In this document: positions 1 through 7,106 of the stretch, one piece after another | How the letters are laid out: each line of letters starts with the position of its first letter | Position numbering within the stretch: position 1 is the first letter of the stretch | DNA from: Nitrososphaerota archaeon | GTDB taxonomy: Archaea; Thermoproteota; Nitrososphaeria; Nitrososphaerales; UBA57 | NCBI GenBank assembly: GCA_013378385.1 | Contig: JACAFS010000027.1 | Location: forward strand, 1-13,864 | Direction of reading: 5' to 3' | DNA: 13,864 bases | Notes under the pieces: model-generated | Seen by the model: the letters and a program-made list of their open reading frames with translations, nothing else | What the model was told of the DNA's origin: nothing | The model's database searches: none | Made by a program: the position numbers and the translations under genes

Positions 1-369
1 CTTGAACAGATGAATTCACTTTATACTCATCCAAAAATGAAAGGCTTCGTCACTCTAACTCACGGCGAAGGGTATGGGCTCCCAATCTTTGAAGCGGCAT
101 ATCACGGGTTGCCCGTAGTCGCACCGTCTTGGAGTGGACAAAATGACTTCCTCTATGCCCCTACAAAAAGTGGAAAGCAAAAGAAAGAGAAGATACGCCC
201 ACTATTTGCAAAAGTTGACTACACCATAGGACAGGTTCCATCTCAATCAATTTGGGACGGAGTTATACACGCAGATGCATCATGGTGCTATCCAACGGAG
301 AACGGTGCTAAGTCTGCCATGAGAGACGTTTATTCTAACCACTCCAAGTATGTTGGCATGTCTCGCTAA
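1..369 (+). CDS. Glycosyltransferase, GT-B fold (GT4 / 'group 1'-like), C-terminal part. It is 5'-truncated by the window edge and ends at an in-frame TAA.
   Basis: Frame 1 is open from nt 1 (LEQMNSLY...), so the ATG at 10 is internal. It carries the retaining-GT4 E-x7-E signature in 'THGEGYGLPIFEAAYHGLPVVAPSWSG'. Confidence 0.8.
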   Translation, partial: LEQMNSLYTHPKMKGFVTLTHGEGYGLPIFEAAYHGLPVVAPSWSGQNDFLYAPTKSGKQKKEKIRPLFAKVDYTIGQVPSQSIWDGVIHADASWCYPTENGAKSAMRDVYSNHSKYVGMSR

Positions 370-504
370 ATCAAAAAGCATATTTTGAAAAACTTTACGG
401 AAGAGCAAATGACTACAAAGTTCGCAGATGCAATTTGTGAAAAAGAGGAGGCATTCGATGTTGAGGATTGGTTATCAACATTGGACATAGAGACACATGA
501 ATAA
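370..504 (+). other. Same-frame continuation of the upstream glycosyltransferase past the TAA at 367-369. It has 44 sense codons (IKKHILKNFTEEQMTTKFADAICEKEEAFDVEDWLSTLDIETHE) ending at TAA 502-504.
   Basis: The frame is the same as 1-369 and stays open to 502-504. That stop overlaps the next gene's ATG (497) in the way all other junctions here overlap. 'KKHILKNFTEEQM' resembles the usual GT4 C-terminal 'ar..v.e.fs.e.m' helix. This is otherwise the only sizeable 'non-coding' stretch in the window. Confidence 0.5.
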
Positions 505-1342
505 GGCAATCTTTGTGGCAGACTTTTTTGCCAACGAAGTACCAGGCGGCGGAGAACTAAACAACCAAGAGCTTATTGAAATACTGAGAGAACGGGATAC
601 TCATGTTTTAGAAGTAAAGAGTGGAAGACTGACGCCAGAATTCATCTCAGAATGTTCTAAAGAAGTAAAATTTATAGTAGCCAATTTTGCCATGCTTTCA
701 GAAGAAAATAAGACGATTCTTGAAAACGATAGGGAATATATTATTTATGAACATGATCACAAGTATGTGAGAAGTAGAAACCCAGCCGACTATAATAATT
801 TCATAGCTCCTAAATCAGAGATAATAAATTTTAACTTTTACAAGAATGCGAAAGCAGTGTTATGTCAAAGTCGATTTCACGCCGATATTGTAAAATCAAA
901 TCTGAAATTAGATAACATAATAAGCCTCGGAGGTAATTTATGGTCGGAAGATTCTTTAGAAACAATGTTGAGCATGTCCAAGGTTGACAAAAATCCAACA
1001 TGTGCTATAATGAATTCATCTAATTGGCATAAGAATACAAGTGACGCCATTAGGCTGTGCGAGGCAAAGCAGTGGGAGTACGACATTATACCTACTTGCG
1101 GCTATATGGAATTTTTATTAAGACTCGGAGAAAGTGAGAAGTTTGTATTTTTGCCAAAAACCCCAGAGACATTATCGAGAATAGTTGTAGAGGCGAGAAT
1201 GATGGGGCTGTCAGTTGTTACTAATAATTTAGTTGGGGCTACGGGGGAAGAGTGGTTCTCTTTAAAAGGAGAAGACTTGGTAGAAGTTATTAGGAATAAA
1301 AGAATAGAAATACCAGACATGGTAGTGGAATGTTTTAAATGA
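497..1342 (+). CDS. Compact GT-B-fold glycosyltransferase (GT4-like), 281 aa
   Basis: The N-terminus 'FVADFFANEVPGGGELNNQELIEILRERDTHV' resembles the GT4 'gGaE....la..L...GheV' pattern. The C-terminus has E-x7-E in 'PKTPETLSRIVVEARMMGLSVVTN'. Its stop is an ATGA overlap with the next gene. Confidence 0.65.
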   Translation: MNKAIFVADFFANEVPGGGELNNQELIEILRERDTHVLEVKSGRLTPEFISECSKEVKFIVANFAMLSEENKTILENDREYIIYEHDHKYVRSRNPADYNNFIAPKSEIINFNFYKNAKAVLCQSRFHADIVKSNLKLDNIISLGGNLWSEDSLETMLSMSKVDKNPTCAIMNSSNWHKNTSDAIRLCEAKQWEYDIIPTCGYMEFLLRLGESEKFVFLPKTPETLSRIVVEARMMGLSVVTNNLVGATGEEWFSLKGEDLVEVIRNKRIEIPDMVVECFK

Positions 1343-2241
1343 AGGTTTATATAAAAAATCATCCAACTCACGCTGGTAAATGGATTTATGAAGGTTATAA
1401 AAGAGCGTGGCTTGCTCTTGGATACGATGTTGAATATTTCAATAAATTGGACGACATAAATAATAAGGACGAGTATTACATTATGGCTACAGACTATGAT
1501 GTAAAAAATGACAGTTCTTATTCATCAATCTCCAATTCTGTCAAAAGTTTTATCTTCGCACAGCCAAATTCTTTTCCCTTTCCTTGGGGAAATCACCCTA
1601 ATTTTATTTCCAATGCGAGCGATCAGGCTATTGATTTAATAAATCAAACTGACAATGCTCTGTTGTGGACTTTCTCTGACGACACTCGATATCACAAAAA
1701 ATGGAAAACAGTACACACTGTTCCACTGGCATTTGATTCGATAGGATATGTCCCGAAGAAGGATGAAAAGTATTCTCAATACGATGTGTGTTTTGTTGGA
1801 GGTTGGGCCAATAACGGATTCGATGAGAAAAGAAAAATTATGATTGAGATATTCTCAAAGTTTATGGACTCAGGGCTAAAGTGTGGATTCTTTATCAACA
1901 AGGGATTGACACATGAACAAGAGTGCGATCTTTTATATAATAGCAAGACGGCATTAAATATACATGATGCATATCAGAGAACACTCGGCTATGACACTAA
2001 TGAAAGAACATTCAAATCTCTTGGGTTGAATGGTATATTAGTGTCCGACACTATAGCACAATTAAATAATCTATTTCCAAGCGTACCCACCTCTCTAAAC
2101 TCTAATGAATTGGTAGAAAGTGTCAAGGGAATATTATCCTTGACAAATGAAGAAATACGTGGTATAAAAGAAGATAACAAGAAAAACATAGCAGAAAATC
2201 ACACCTATATTAAGAGAGTGGAGCAGTTTCTAAAACTATGA
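1339..2241 (+). CDS. CgeB-like glycosyltransferase (Glyco_trans_1_2 / DUF3880-type), 300 aa
   Basis: 'VCFVGGWANNGFDEKRKIM', 'ALNIHDAYQRTLGYDTNERTFKSLGLNGILVSD' and 'IAENHTYIKRVEQFL' follow the CgeB-family pattern (F.G....R..., LN.h...., N.R.FE..a.G....sd, ..HT...R). It has ATGA overlaps at both ends. Confidence 0.65.
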   Translation: MKVYIKNHPTHAGKWIYEGYKRAWLALGYDVEYFNKLDDINNKDEYYIMATDYDVKNDSSYSSISNSVKSFIFAQPNSFPFPWGNHPNFISNASDQAIDLINQTDNALLWTFSDDTRYHKKWKTVHTVPLAFDSIGYVPKKDEKYSQYDVCFVGGWANNGFDEKRKIMIEIFSKFMDSGLKCGFFINKGLTHEQECDLLYNSKTALNIHDAYQRTLGYDTNERTFKSLGLNGILVSDTIAQLNNLFPSVPTSLNSNELVESVKGILSLTNEEIRGIKEDNKKNIAENHTYIKRVEQFLKL

Positions 2242-2978
2242 AACCAAAGATAACAATAATAATTCCATGTTATAACTCTGAAAAGTGGATAGAGCAATGC
2301 GCCACCAGTTGCCTAAAGCAAACTTATGAGAACGTGGAAGTAATAGCGGTAGACAACGAGAGTAAGGACAATACTGTCAAGATACTAAATGACATAAAGA
2401 AAGAGTATCCAGAACTAATACTGTCCAGTGCTGAAAATATATATCCAAACTGCTGGGATGAAGCGAGAGAAGAGGGCTTTCGCCTAATGACAGGAGACTA
2501 CGTTATGACGATAGGCTCTGATGATTATATCGACTTGGAGTATGTCGATAACTGTATGGAAATTATACTATCCGCTCCAGATAAAATAAAGGCACTCCAG
2601 ACGCCGATACAGGGCGTCCGACAATATGGAGACAAGTTCAGTTCTACTGGAACAATTCAACATTCATATAGTTCACGAGAGCAGTTTAAGGAACTGTGTT
2701 TAACGAAGTGTCCAGTCAATACACCTTCTGTTATCTATAATGCCGAACTCTATCACAATGGGTTATTAAATACAAAGCCAGAAAAGTATGGCGGCGCAGC
2801 AGACTATGATTTATACTGTAGTCTAATAGATAATGGTATTTTTATTTACCCTGTTCCCAAGTGGCTTGGTTTTTATTATCGATGGCACCCAGAACAAGCA
2901 ACTTGGAATGTCCACAAAGAAGAAAGAAACTACGACAGAGAAATACAGGAACATTGGAAGAAAAGATGGCAGATGTAA
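2238..2978 (+). CDS. Family 2 glycosyltransferase (GT-A fold), 246 aa
   Basis: Classic GT2 N-terminus 'KITIIIPCYNSEKWIEQCATSCLKQTYENVEVIAVDNESKDNT' and a DxD-like 'IGSDDYID'. Confidence 0.85.
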   Translation: MKPKITIIIPCYNSEKWIEQCATSCLKQTYENVEVIAVDNESKDNTVKILNDIKKEYPELILSSAENIYPNCWDEAREEGFRLMTGDYVMTIGSDDYIDLEYVDNCMEIILSAPDKIKALQTPIQGVRQYGDKFSSTGTIQHSYSSREQFKELCLTKCPVNTPSVIYNAELYHNGLLNTKPEKYGGAADYDLYCSLIDNGIFIYPVPKWLGFYYRWHPEQATWNVHKEERNYDREIQEHWKKRWQM

Positions 2979-3607
2979 ATTTACTGCATAGAATAATAGA
3001 CATTGCTTACAAGAACCGTTTGTCTCATCTTGGAAGCTATTTTTCCAGCGTTGATATTATCGACGATGTTTATAGCAAGATGAACAAAGAGGATATATTC
3101 ATTCTATCTTCAGGACACTGCGCTTTGGCTCTCTACGCTGTTGTAGAAAAATACAGAGGCATTGATGCTGAGTATTTATTTGCCACCCACGGAGGACACC
3201 CTCACCGCTGTGAAAATGACGGACTATATTGCTCCACTGGCAGCTTGGGGATGGGTATCACCGCCGCTGTCGGAAGAGCAATAGCTAAACCAGATAGGGT
3301 AGTTCATTGTCTTATCAGCGATGGAGAATGTGCCGAAGGTAGCGTCTGGGAAAGCCTGAAGTTCATCTACGAACACAATATAAAGAATATAAAGATTTAT
3401 GTAAATGTAAACGGATACGCTGCGTATGACGCAGTTGACACTTCCTATCTAATAAAAAGACTCAAAGCTTTCTTGCCAAGCATTAATATTATACATACAG
3501 ATGTCAATGCCTTTCCTTTCCTAAGAGGATTGAACGCCCATTATCACATAATGAAAGAGGAAGATTACAAATTGGCGAAGGAGGTTCTAAATGAGAAAAG
3601 AATTTAG
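2966..3607 (+). CDS. Transketolase-family ThDP enzyme, N-terminal (PP-domain) subunit, shortened to 213 aa
   Basis: 'RLSHLGSYFSSVDIIDDVY', 'ILSSGHCALALYAVVEKY' and 'HGGHPHR...CSTGSLGMGITAAVGRAIA' match the split-transketolase N subunit. So does the ThDP/Mg motif 'SDGECAEGSVWESLKFIYEHNIKNIKIYVNVNGY' (the GDG...N motif with G->S). I chose the ATG at 2966 (MADVNLLH) because a GGAAG lies upstream. The ORF-track start at 2861 would run 118 nt inside the GT2 gene. Confidence 0.8.
   Translation: MADVNLLHRIIDIAYKNRLSHLGSYFSSVDIIDDVYSKMNKEDIFILSSGHCALALYAVVEKYRGIDAEYLFATHGGHPHRCENDGLYCSTGSLGMGITAAVGRAIAKPDRVVHCLISDGECAEGSVWESLKFIYEHNIKNIKIYVNVNGYAAYDAVDTSYLIKRLKAFLPSINIIHTDVNAFPFLRGLNAHYHIMKEEDYKLAKEVLNEKRI
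3578..3584 (+). promoter_or_regulatory. Shine-Dalgarno site (AAGGAGG) for the transketolase C subunit
   Basis: A perfect AAGGAGG lies 6 nt upstream of ATG 3591, inside the 3' end of the upstream gene. Confidence 0.6.
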
Positions 3608-4067
3608 TGAAAGATTGCACAAAGAGATGGGAATAAATAAGGACATATATCTATTGACTGGCGATTTGGGATACGGACTCTGGGACAAAATTAGAATAGA
3701 TTATCCGAATCGTTTCTATAATGTAGGCTCTTCGGAACAATTGATGCTGGGAATGGCGTCTGGCTTGGCGATGGATGGAAAGATACCAGTTGTCTATTCC
3801 ATTACTCCCTTTTTACTTTACAGACCTTTCGAGACTATAAGAAATTACGTGGATCACGAGAAGCTACCAGTTAAACTGATTGGAGGAGGTAGGGATAGGG
3901 ACTATGGATACTTAGGATTTTCCCATTGGGCAGAAGAAGACAAGGAAGTTACAAAGGTGTTTAAGAATATTAAGACTATCCATCCAGAGAGTGTAGAGTC
4001 AATGAATAAGAATTTTGATTTTGTTATCGATAAGGAAACTCCTCTGTATATGAATTTGAAACGATGA
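3591..4067 (+). CDS. Transketolase-family ThDP enzyme, pyrimidine-binding (Pyr) subunit. At 158 aa it lacks the usual C-terminal domain.
   Basis: 'YLLTGDLGYG', 'YPNRFYNVGSSEQLMLGMASGLAMDGKIPVVYSITPFLLYRPFETIRNYV' and 'LPVKLIGGG' match the split-transketolase C subunit pattern (fPeRf.nvGIaEq.mvg.AaGlA..Gk.P). The ThDP-activating Glu is kept in 'SSEQ'. There is a strong SD upstream, and the gene overlaps the N subunit by 17 nt. Confidence 0.8.
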   Translation: MRKEFSERLHKEMGINKDIYLLTGDLGYGLWDKIRIDYPNRFYNVGSSEQLMLGMASGLAMDGKIPVVYSITPFLLYRPFETIRNYVDHEKLPVKLIGGGRDRDYGYLGFSHWAEEDKEVTKVFKNIKTIHPESVESMNKNFDFVIDKETPLYMNLKR

Positions 4068-4966
4068 GAATATTATTTACATCCAATAAAACATATCGTG
4101 GCTCAATAGACGGTGGTTGGTGGTATTTTTATTTACCGCTAATGGACATGGGACATGAGGTATATTTTTATGACACTGTTTCAGGGGATGATAAAACATA
4201 TTCAGAAATAATAGAGACGTTCAAACCAGATTTGATATTCTGCATCATGACTGGTGATGTAGGAATAGCTCCATTGGAGCCGTGGCAGGACATCTTGAAT
4301 GAGACTAAGACTGGCAGAACAAAAACATTCAACTGGTTCTGTGATGACACTTGGAGATATGATAATTTCTCCAAAAATGCGTGTCATTATTTTAATGTCT
4401 GCTCCACTCCTGAAAACCCAAGAGTTGCAGATTATAAGAAAGATGGATACGATAATATAATTGTTGCTAATTGGCACGCCAACTCAAAGTTTTATGAAGC
4501 AAAAGCATATGAAGATAAGAACACGGACATTTCTTTTATAGGCTATCTGACTGCAACGAGGAAATCGTTTTTCAACAGAGTTGACTTGCCAATCACTTTC
4601 CTAAGCGGAATAACTCAAGAAGAACTTTTTGCTGCCCATACTACGACTAAAATAGGCATAAACTTGTCCCACAACGACAATGACACTCAAGGCAAGACTC
4701 AAATGAAGCAGAGAATGTTCGAAGTTCCCGCTGGCGGAGGGATGCTATTGACTCAATATCACGAGGGAATCGAAGACTATTATAAAATTGACAGCGAGAT
4801 AGTTACTTTTAAAGATGCTGATGAGTTTTGCAAAAAGGCAAAGTTCCTAATGGACAATCCCAATGTCAGTAAAAATATAGCTGAGAGGGGATACAGAAGA
4901 TTTATTAGGGAACACGATTCGTCCGTTAGGTTGAACCAAGTATTGCAAGAGATTGGAAAACTGTGA
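4064..4966 (+). CDS. CgeB-like glycosyltransferase (Glyco_trans_1_2-type), 300 aa. It is the second member of this family in the window.
   Basis: 'ISFIGYLTATRKSFFNRV', 'GINLSHND...QRMFEVPAGGGMLLTQ' and 'IVTFKDADEFCKKAKFLMDNPNVSKNIAERGYRRFIREHDSSVRLNQVL' follow the CgeB C-terminal domain pattern. It starts with an ATGA overlap and ends with a GTGA overlap. Confidence 0.65.
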   Translation: MRILFTSNKTYRGSIDGGWWYFYLPLMDMGHEVYFYDTVSGDDKTYSEIIETFKPDLIFCIMTGDVGIAPLEPWQDILNETKTGRTKTFNWFCDDTWRYDNFSKNACHYFNVCSTPENPRVADYKKDGYDNIIVANWHANSKFYEAKAYEDKNTDISFIGYLTATRKSFFNRVDLPITFLSGITQEELFAAHTTTKIGINLSHNDNDTQGKTQMKQRMFEVPAGGGMLLTQYHEGIEDYYKIDSEIVTFKDADEFCKKAKFLMDNPNVSKNIAERGYRRFIREHDSSVRLNQVLQEIGKL

Positions 4967-5805
4967 ATATTCTCATTACAGGATCAAAAGGATTTATAGG
5001 CAAAGAATTGTCAAGATACTTTAGCGAAGAGCATAATGTAATCTCCACAGATAGGACAACTCTTGATCCAACTAAACGCGAAAGTGTAAAAAGCTTCTTC
5101 GACAATAACAAAATAGATGTTGTCATCCACGCCGCAGTGAAGGGCGGGAAAAGAGGGCATCAGGAAAGTATCGAAGACTTGTACGAAAATTTGCTTATGT
5201 TTGAAAACCTTAGTAATTTTTCAAATCACTATAAGGCTATGTTCAATTTTGGCTCTGGTGCAGAATTTGACAGAAGAATGGAAATAAAACTATCAATAGA
5301 AAGTGAAATAGAAAGTCGTCTTCCGTCGGACTACTATGGATTGGCTAAAAATCTTATAACTCGTAAAATAAATCACTTAGATTCCAATATCTATAATCTA
5401 AGGCTATTTGGATGCTTCGGAGAATATGAAGAACCTCAGAGACTACTAAGAGCAACATACGACAAGATAGTCAAAGGCGAAAGCCCTAATGTTCACAATG
5501 ATAAGTGGATGGACTACTTTTATGCACAGGATATCGGAAGAGTCATAGAGTATATTGTAAATAATATTGAGAAAGATATTCCCAAGGACATAAATCTGTG
5601 TTATAATGAGAAATACAGACTAAGCGACTTAGTTTATAAAATAAAAAACTTGACGGAATCCAATTGCGATGTTATAATATATAATAACCAAATTGGAAGT
5701 TTGTCTTATACGGGCGATTCTACAGAATTAGATAGCCTAAATATAGCCCTGATGGGCATTGACATTGGAGTTGAAAAGTGTCTGAAAAGTTGGAGCAAAT
5801 ACTAG
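4963..5805 (+). CDS. Extended-SDR NDP-sugar reductase or epimerase/reductase (RmlD / GDP-fucose-synthase-like), 280 aa, GTG start
   Basis: The Rossmann motif 'ILITGSKGFIGKEL' begins at residue 3. 'DRTTLDPTKRESVKSFFDNNKIDVVIHAAVKGG' resembles the RmlD/Fcl pattern 'r..lD..d...v.......pd.VihaAa.vgg'. The catalytic YxxxK is present in 'DYYGLAKN'. Confidence 0.75.
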   Translation: MNILITGSKGFIGKELSRYFSEEHNVISTDRTTLDPTKRESVKSFFDNNKIDVVIHAAVKGGKRGHQESIEDLYENLLMFENLSNFSNHYKAMFNFGSGAEFDRRMEIKLSIESEIESRLPSDYYGLAKNLITRKINHLDSNIYNLRLFGCFGEYEEPQRLLRATYDKIVKGESPNVHNDKWMDYFYAQDIGRVIEYIVNNIEKDIPKDINLCYNEKYRLSDLVYKIKNLTESNCDVIIYNNQIGSLSYTGDSTELDSLNIALMGIDIGVEKCLKSWSKY

Positions 5806-7106
5806 ACTTAGTATCTGAGTATGTTAGTGAAAAGGATGATGGATGGAAAGCTGGCGAAGATTGGGTTAGTTATTCTGGACCTCAATTTGATGATAAAGAG
5901 TACAGGGCAGCAATTGAAGTCCTACTGAGCGGCTGGTTAATCTTTGGAGAGAAGTCTAGAGAATTTGAAAAGACATTTTCGCCGCACTTAGGCAAAGCAC
6001 AGGGGTGCCTAACCAATTCGGGCTCTTCCGCCAATCTTCTTGCCGTAAGCGCTCTGCGCTCAAAGAATGGATTTAATCTCCCAGAAGGTTCAAAGATAAT
6101 TACGCCAGTTGTGTGTTTTCCTACGACAATAAATCCAATCATTCAAAATGGATTTGAACCAGTTTTCGTAGATGTGACTCTTCCTGATTTAAATTTAGAC
6201 TTAGATCAAGTAGAGGCTATACTTGAATCTGATCCAGATATCAGGGGGATAATGTTTGCTCATGTTCTTGGAAACCCTCCAGACATGGACAGATTGATGG
6301 GGTTGATTAAAAAACACGAACTCATCTTTGTTGAAGACGCTTGTGACGCTCTCGGTTCATTTTATGATGGCAGAAAGTTGGGCTCATTCGGAGATATTTC
6401 CACTTGCTCGTTCTTTCCAGCCCATCACATGACTATGGGCGAGGGTGGATTTGTAGCAACAGATAACGTTCGACTAAACAAGGCAGTTACGAGCATTAGA
6501 GACTGGGGTAGGGCTTGCTATTGTAACACTGCTAAACCTGGTAATGTAACTGGCGGGACAGCTTGTGGAAACAGGTTCAAGAATTGGTTGACTGGAATGC
6601 CAGAAGCCGTTTACGATCATCGATATGTTTTTGACGAGATAGGGTACAACCTAAAGCCACTAGATTTACAAGCAGCCATGGGGTTGAAGCAATTAGATAA
6701 ATTGCCAGATTTCGACGCCGCACGACGAAAAAACTTCTCAAGGCTGTACGAGATATTCAAACCATATGAGAAATATCTATACCTACCAGAAGCCAACGAA
6801 AAGGCAGATCCATGTTGGTTCGCCTTCCTAATGACGGTTAAAGAAGGTTCCCCGTTTAACAGAGGAAATATCGTTTCTCATTTCGAGAAAAACAAGATTC
6901 AAACTCGTTCTTATTTCGCTGGAAATATTTTAGCTCACCCTGGTTACAATCACTTAGCAGAGCCGTATGGTGACTTGGGAGATATGTTCCCAGTTGCCAA
7001 GATAGTCACGTTCAATTCATTCTTTTTAGGAACTTTCATAGGACTGACTGAAGAAAAATTAGATTACATACAAAGCGTTGCTGACTCCTTTTTCGGAGAA
7101 CTGTGA
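5778..7106 (+). CDS. rfbH: NDP-4-keto-6-deoxyhexose 3-dehydrase, RfbH/DdhC (E1) type. PMP-dependent, with a putative [2Fe-2S] site; 442 aa, GTG start.
   Basis: It is collinear with my recollection of RfbH/E1 along its whole length (LDLVSEY..., SGWLIFGEKSREFEKTF, NSGSSANLLAVSAL, CFPTTINPIIQNGFEPVFVDV, VEDACDALG, SFFPAHHMTMGEGG, IRDWGRACYC, YDHRY.F..IGYNLKP.DLQAA, LP.A.EKADPCWF.F, QTR..FAGN). His216 sits where aminotransferases have the Schiff-base Lys. The Cys pattern is C189-X57-C247-X1-C249-X13-C263. GGAG at 5767-5770 lies 7 nt before the GTG. Confidence 0.85.
   Translation: MSEKLEQILDLVSEYVSEKDDGWKAGEDWVSYSGPQFDDKEYRAAIEVLLSGWLIFGEKSREFEKTFSPHLGKAQGCLTNSGSSANLLAVSALRSKNGFNLPEGSKIITPVVCFPTTINPIIQNGFEPVFVDVTLPDLNLDLDQVEAILESDPDIRGIMFAHVLGNPPDMDRLMGLIKKHELIFVEDACDALGSFYDGRKLGSFGDISTCSFFPAHHMTMGEGGFVATDNVRLNKAVTSIRDWGRACYCNTAKPGNVTGGTACGNRFKNWLTGMPEAVYDHRYVFDEIGYNLKPLDLQAAMGLKQLDKLPDFDAARRKNFSRLYEIFKPYEKYLYLPEANEKADPCWFAFLMTVKEGSPFNRGNIVSHFEKNKIQTRSYFAGNILAHPGYNHLAEPYGDLGDMFPVAKIVTFNSFFLGTFIGLTEEKLDYIQSVADSFFGEL

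Noticed and set aside
2861-2965. The upstream extension of the transketolase N-subunit ORF offered by the ORF track (MAWFLLSMAPRTSNLECPQRRKKLRQRNTGTLEEK...).
   Set aside because: The extension lies wholly within the GT2 gene's conserved C-terminus in another frame and has no transketolase homology. The ATG at 2966 with an upstream GGAAG gives a 13-nt overlap like other junctions.
3591-3607. Possible programmed frameshift that would fuse the two transketolase subunits across the 17-nt overlap (GAGAAAAGAATTTAG).
   Set aside because: Fusion would need a +1/-2 shift, and there is no recognisable slippery heptamer or downstream structure. A perfect AAGGAGG 6 nt upstream of ATG 3591 argues for independent initiation, and split two-gene transketolases are common.
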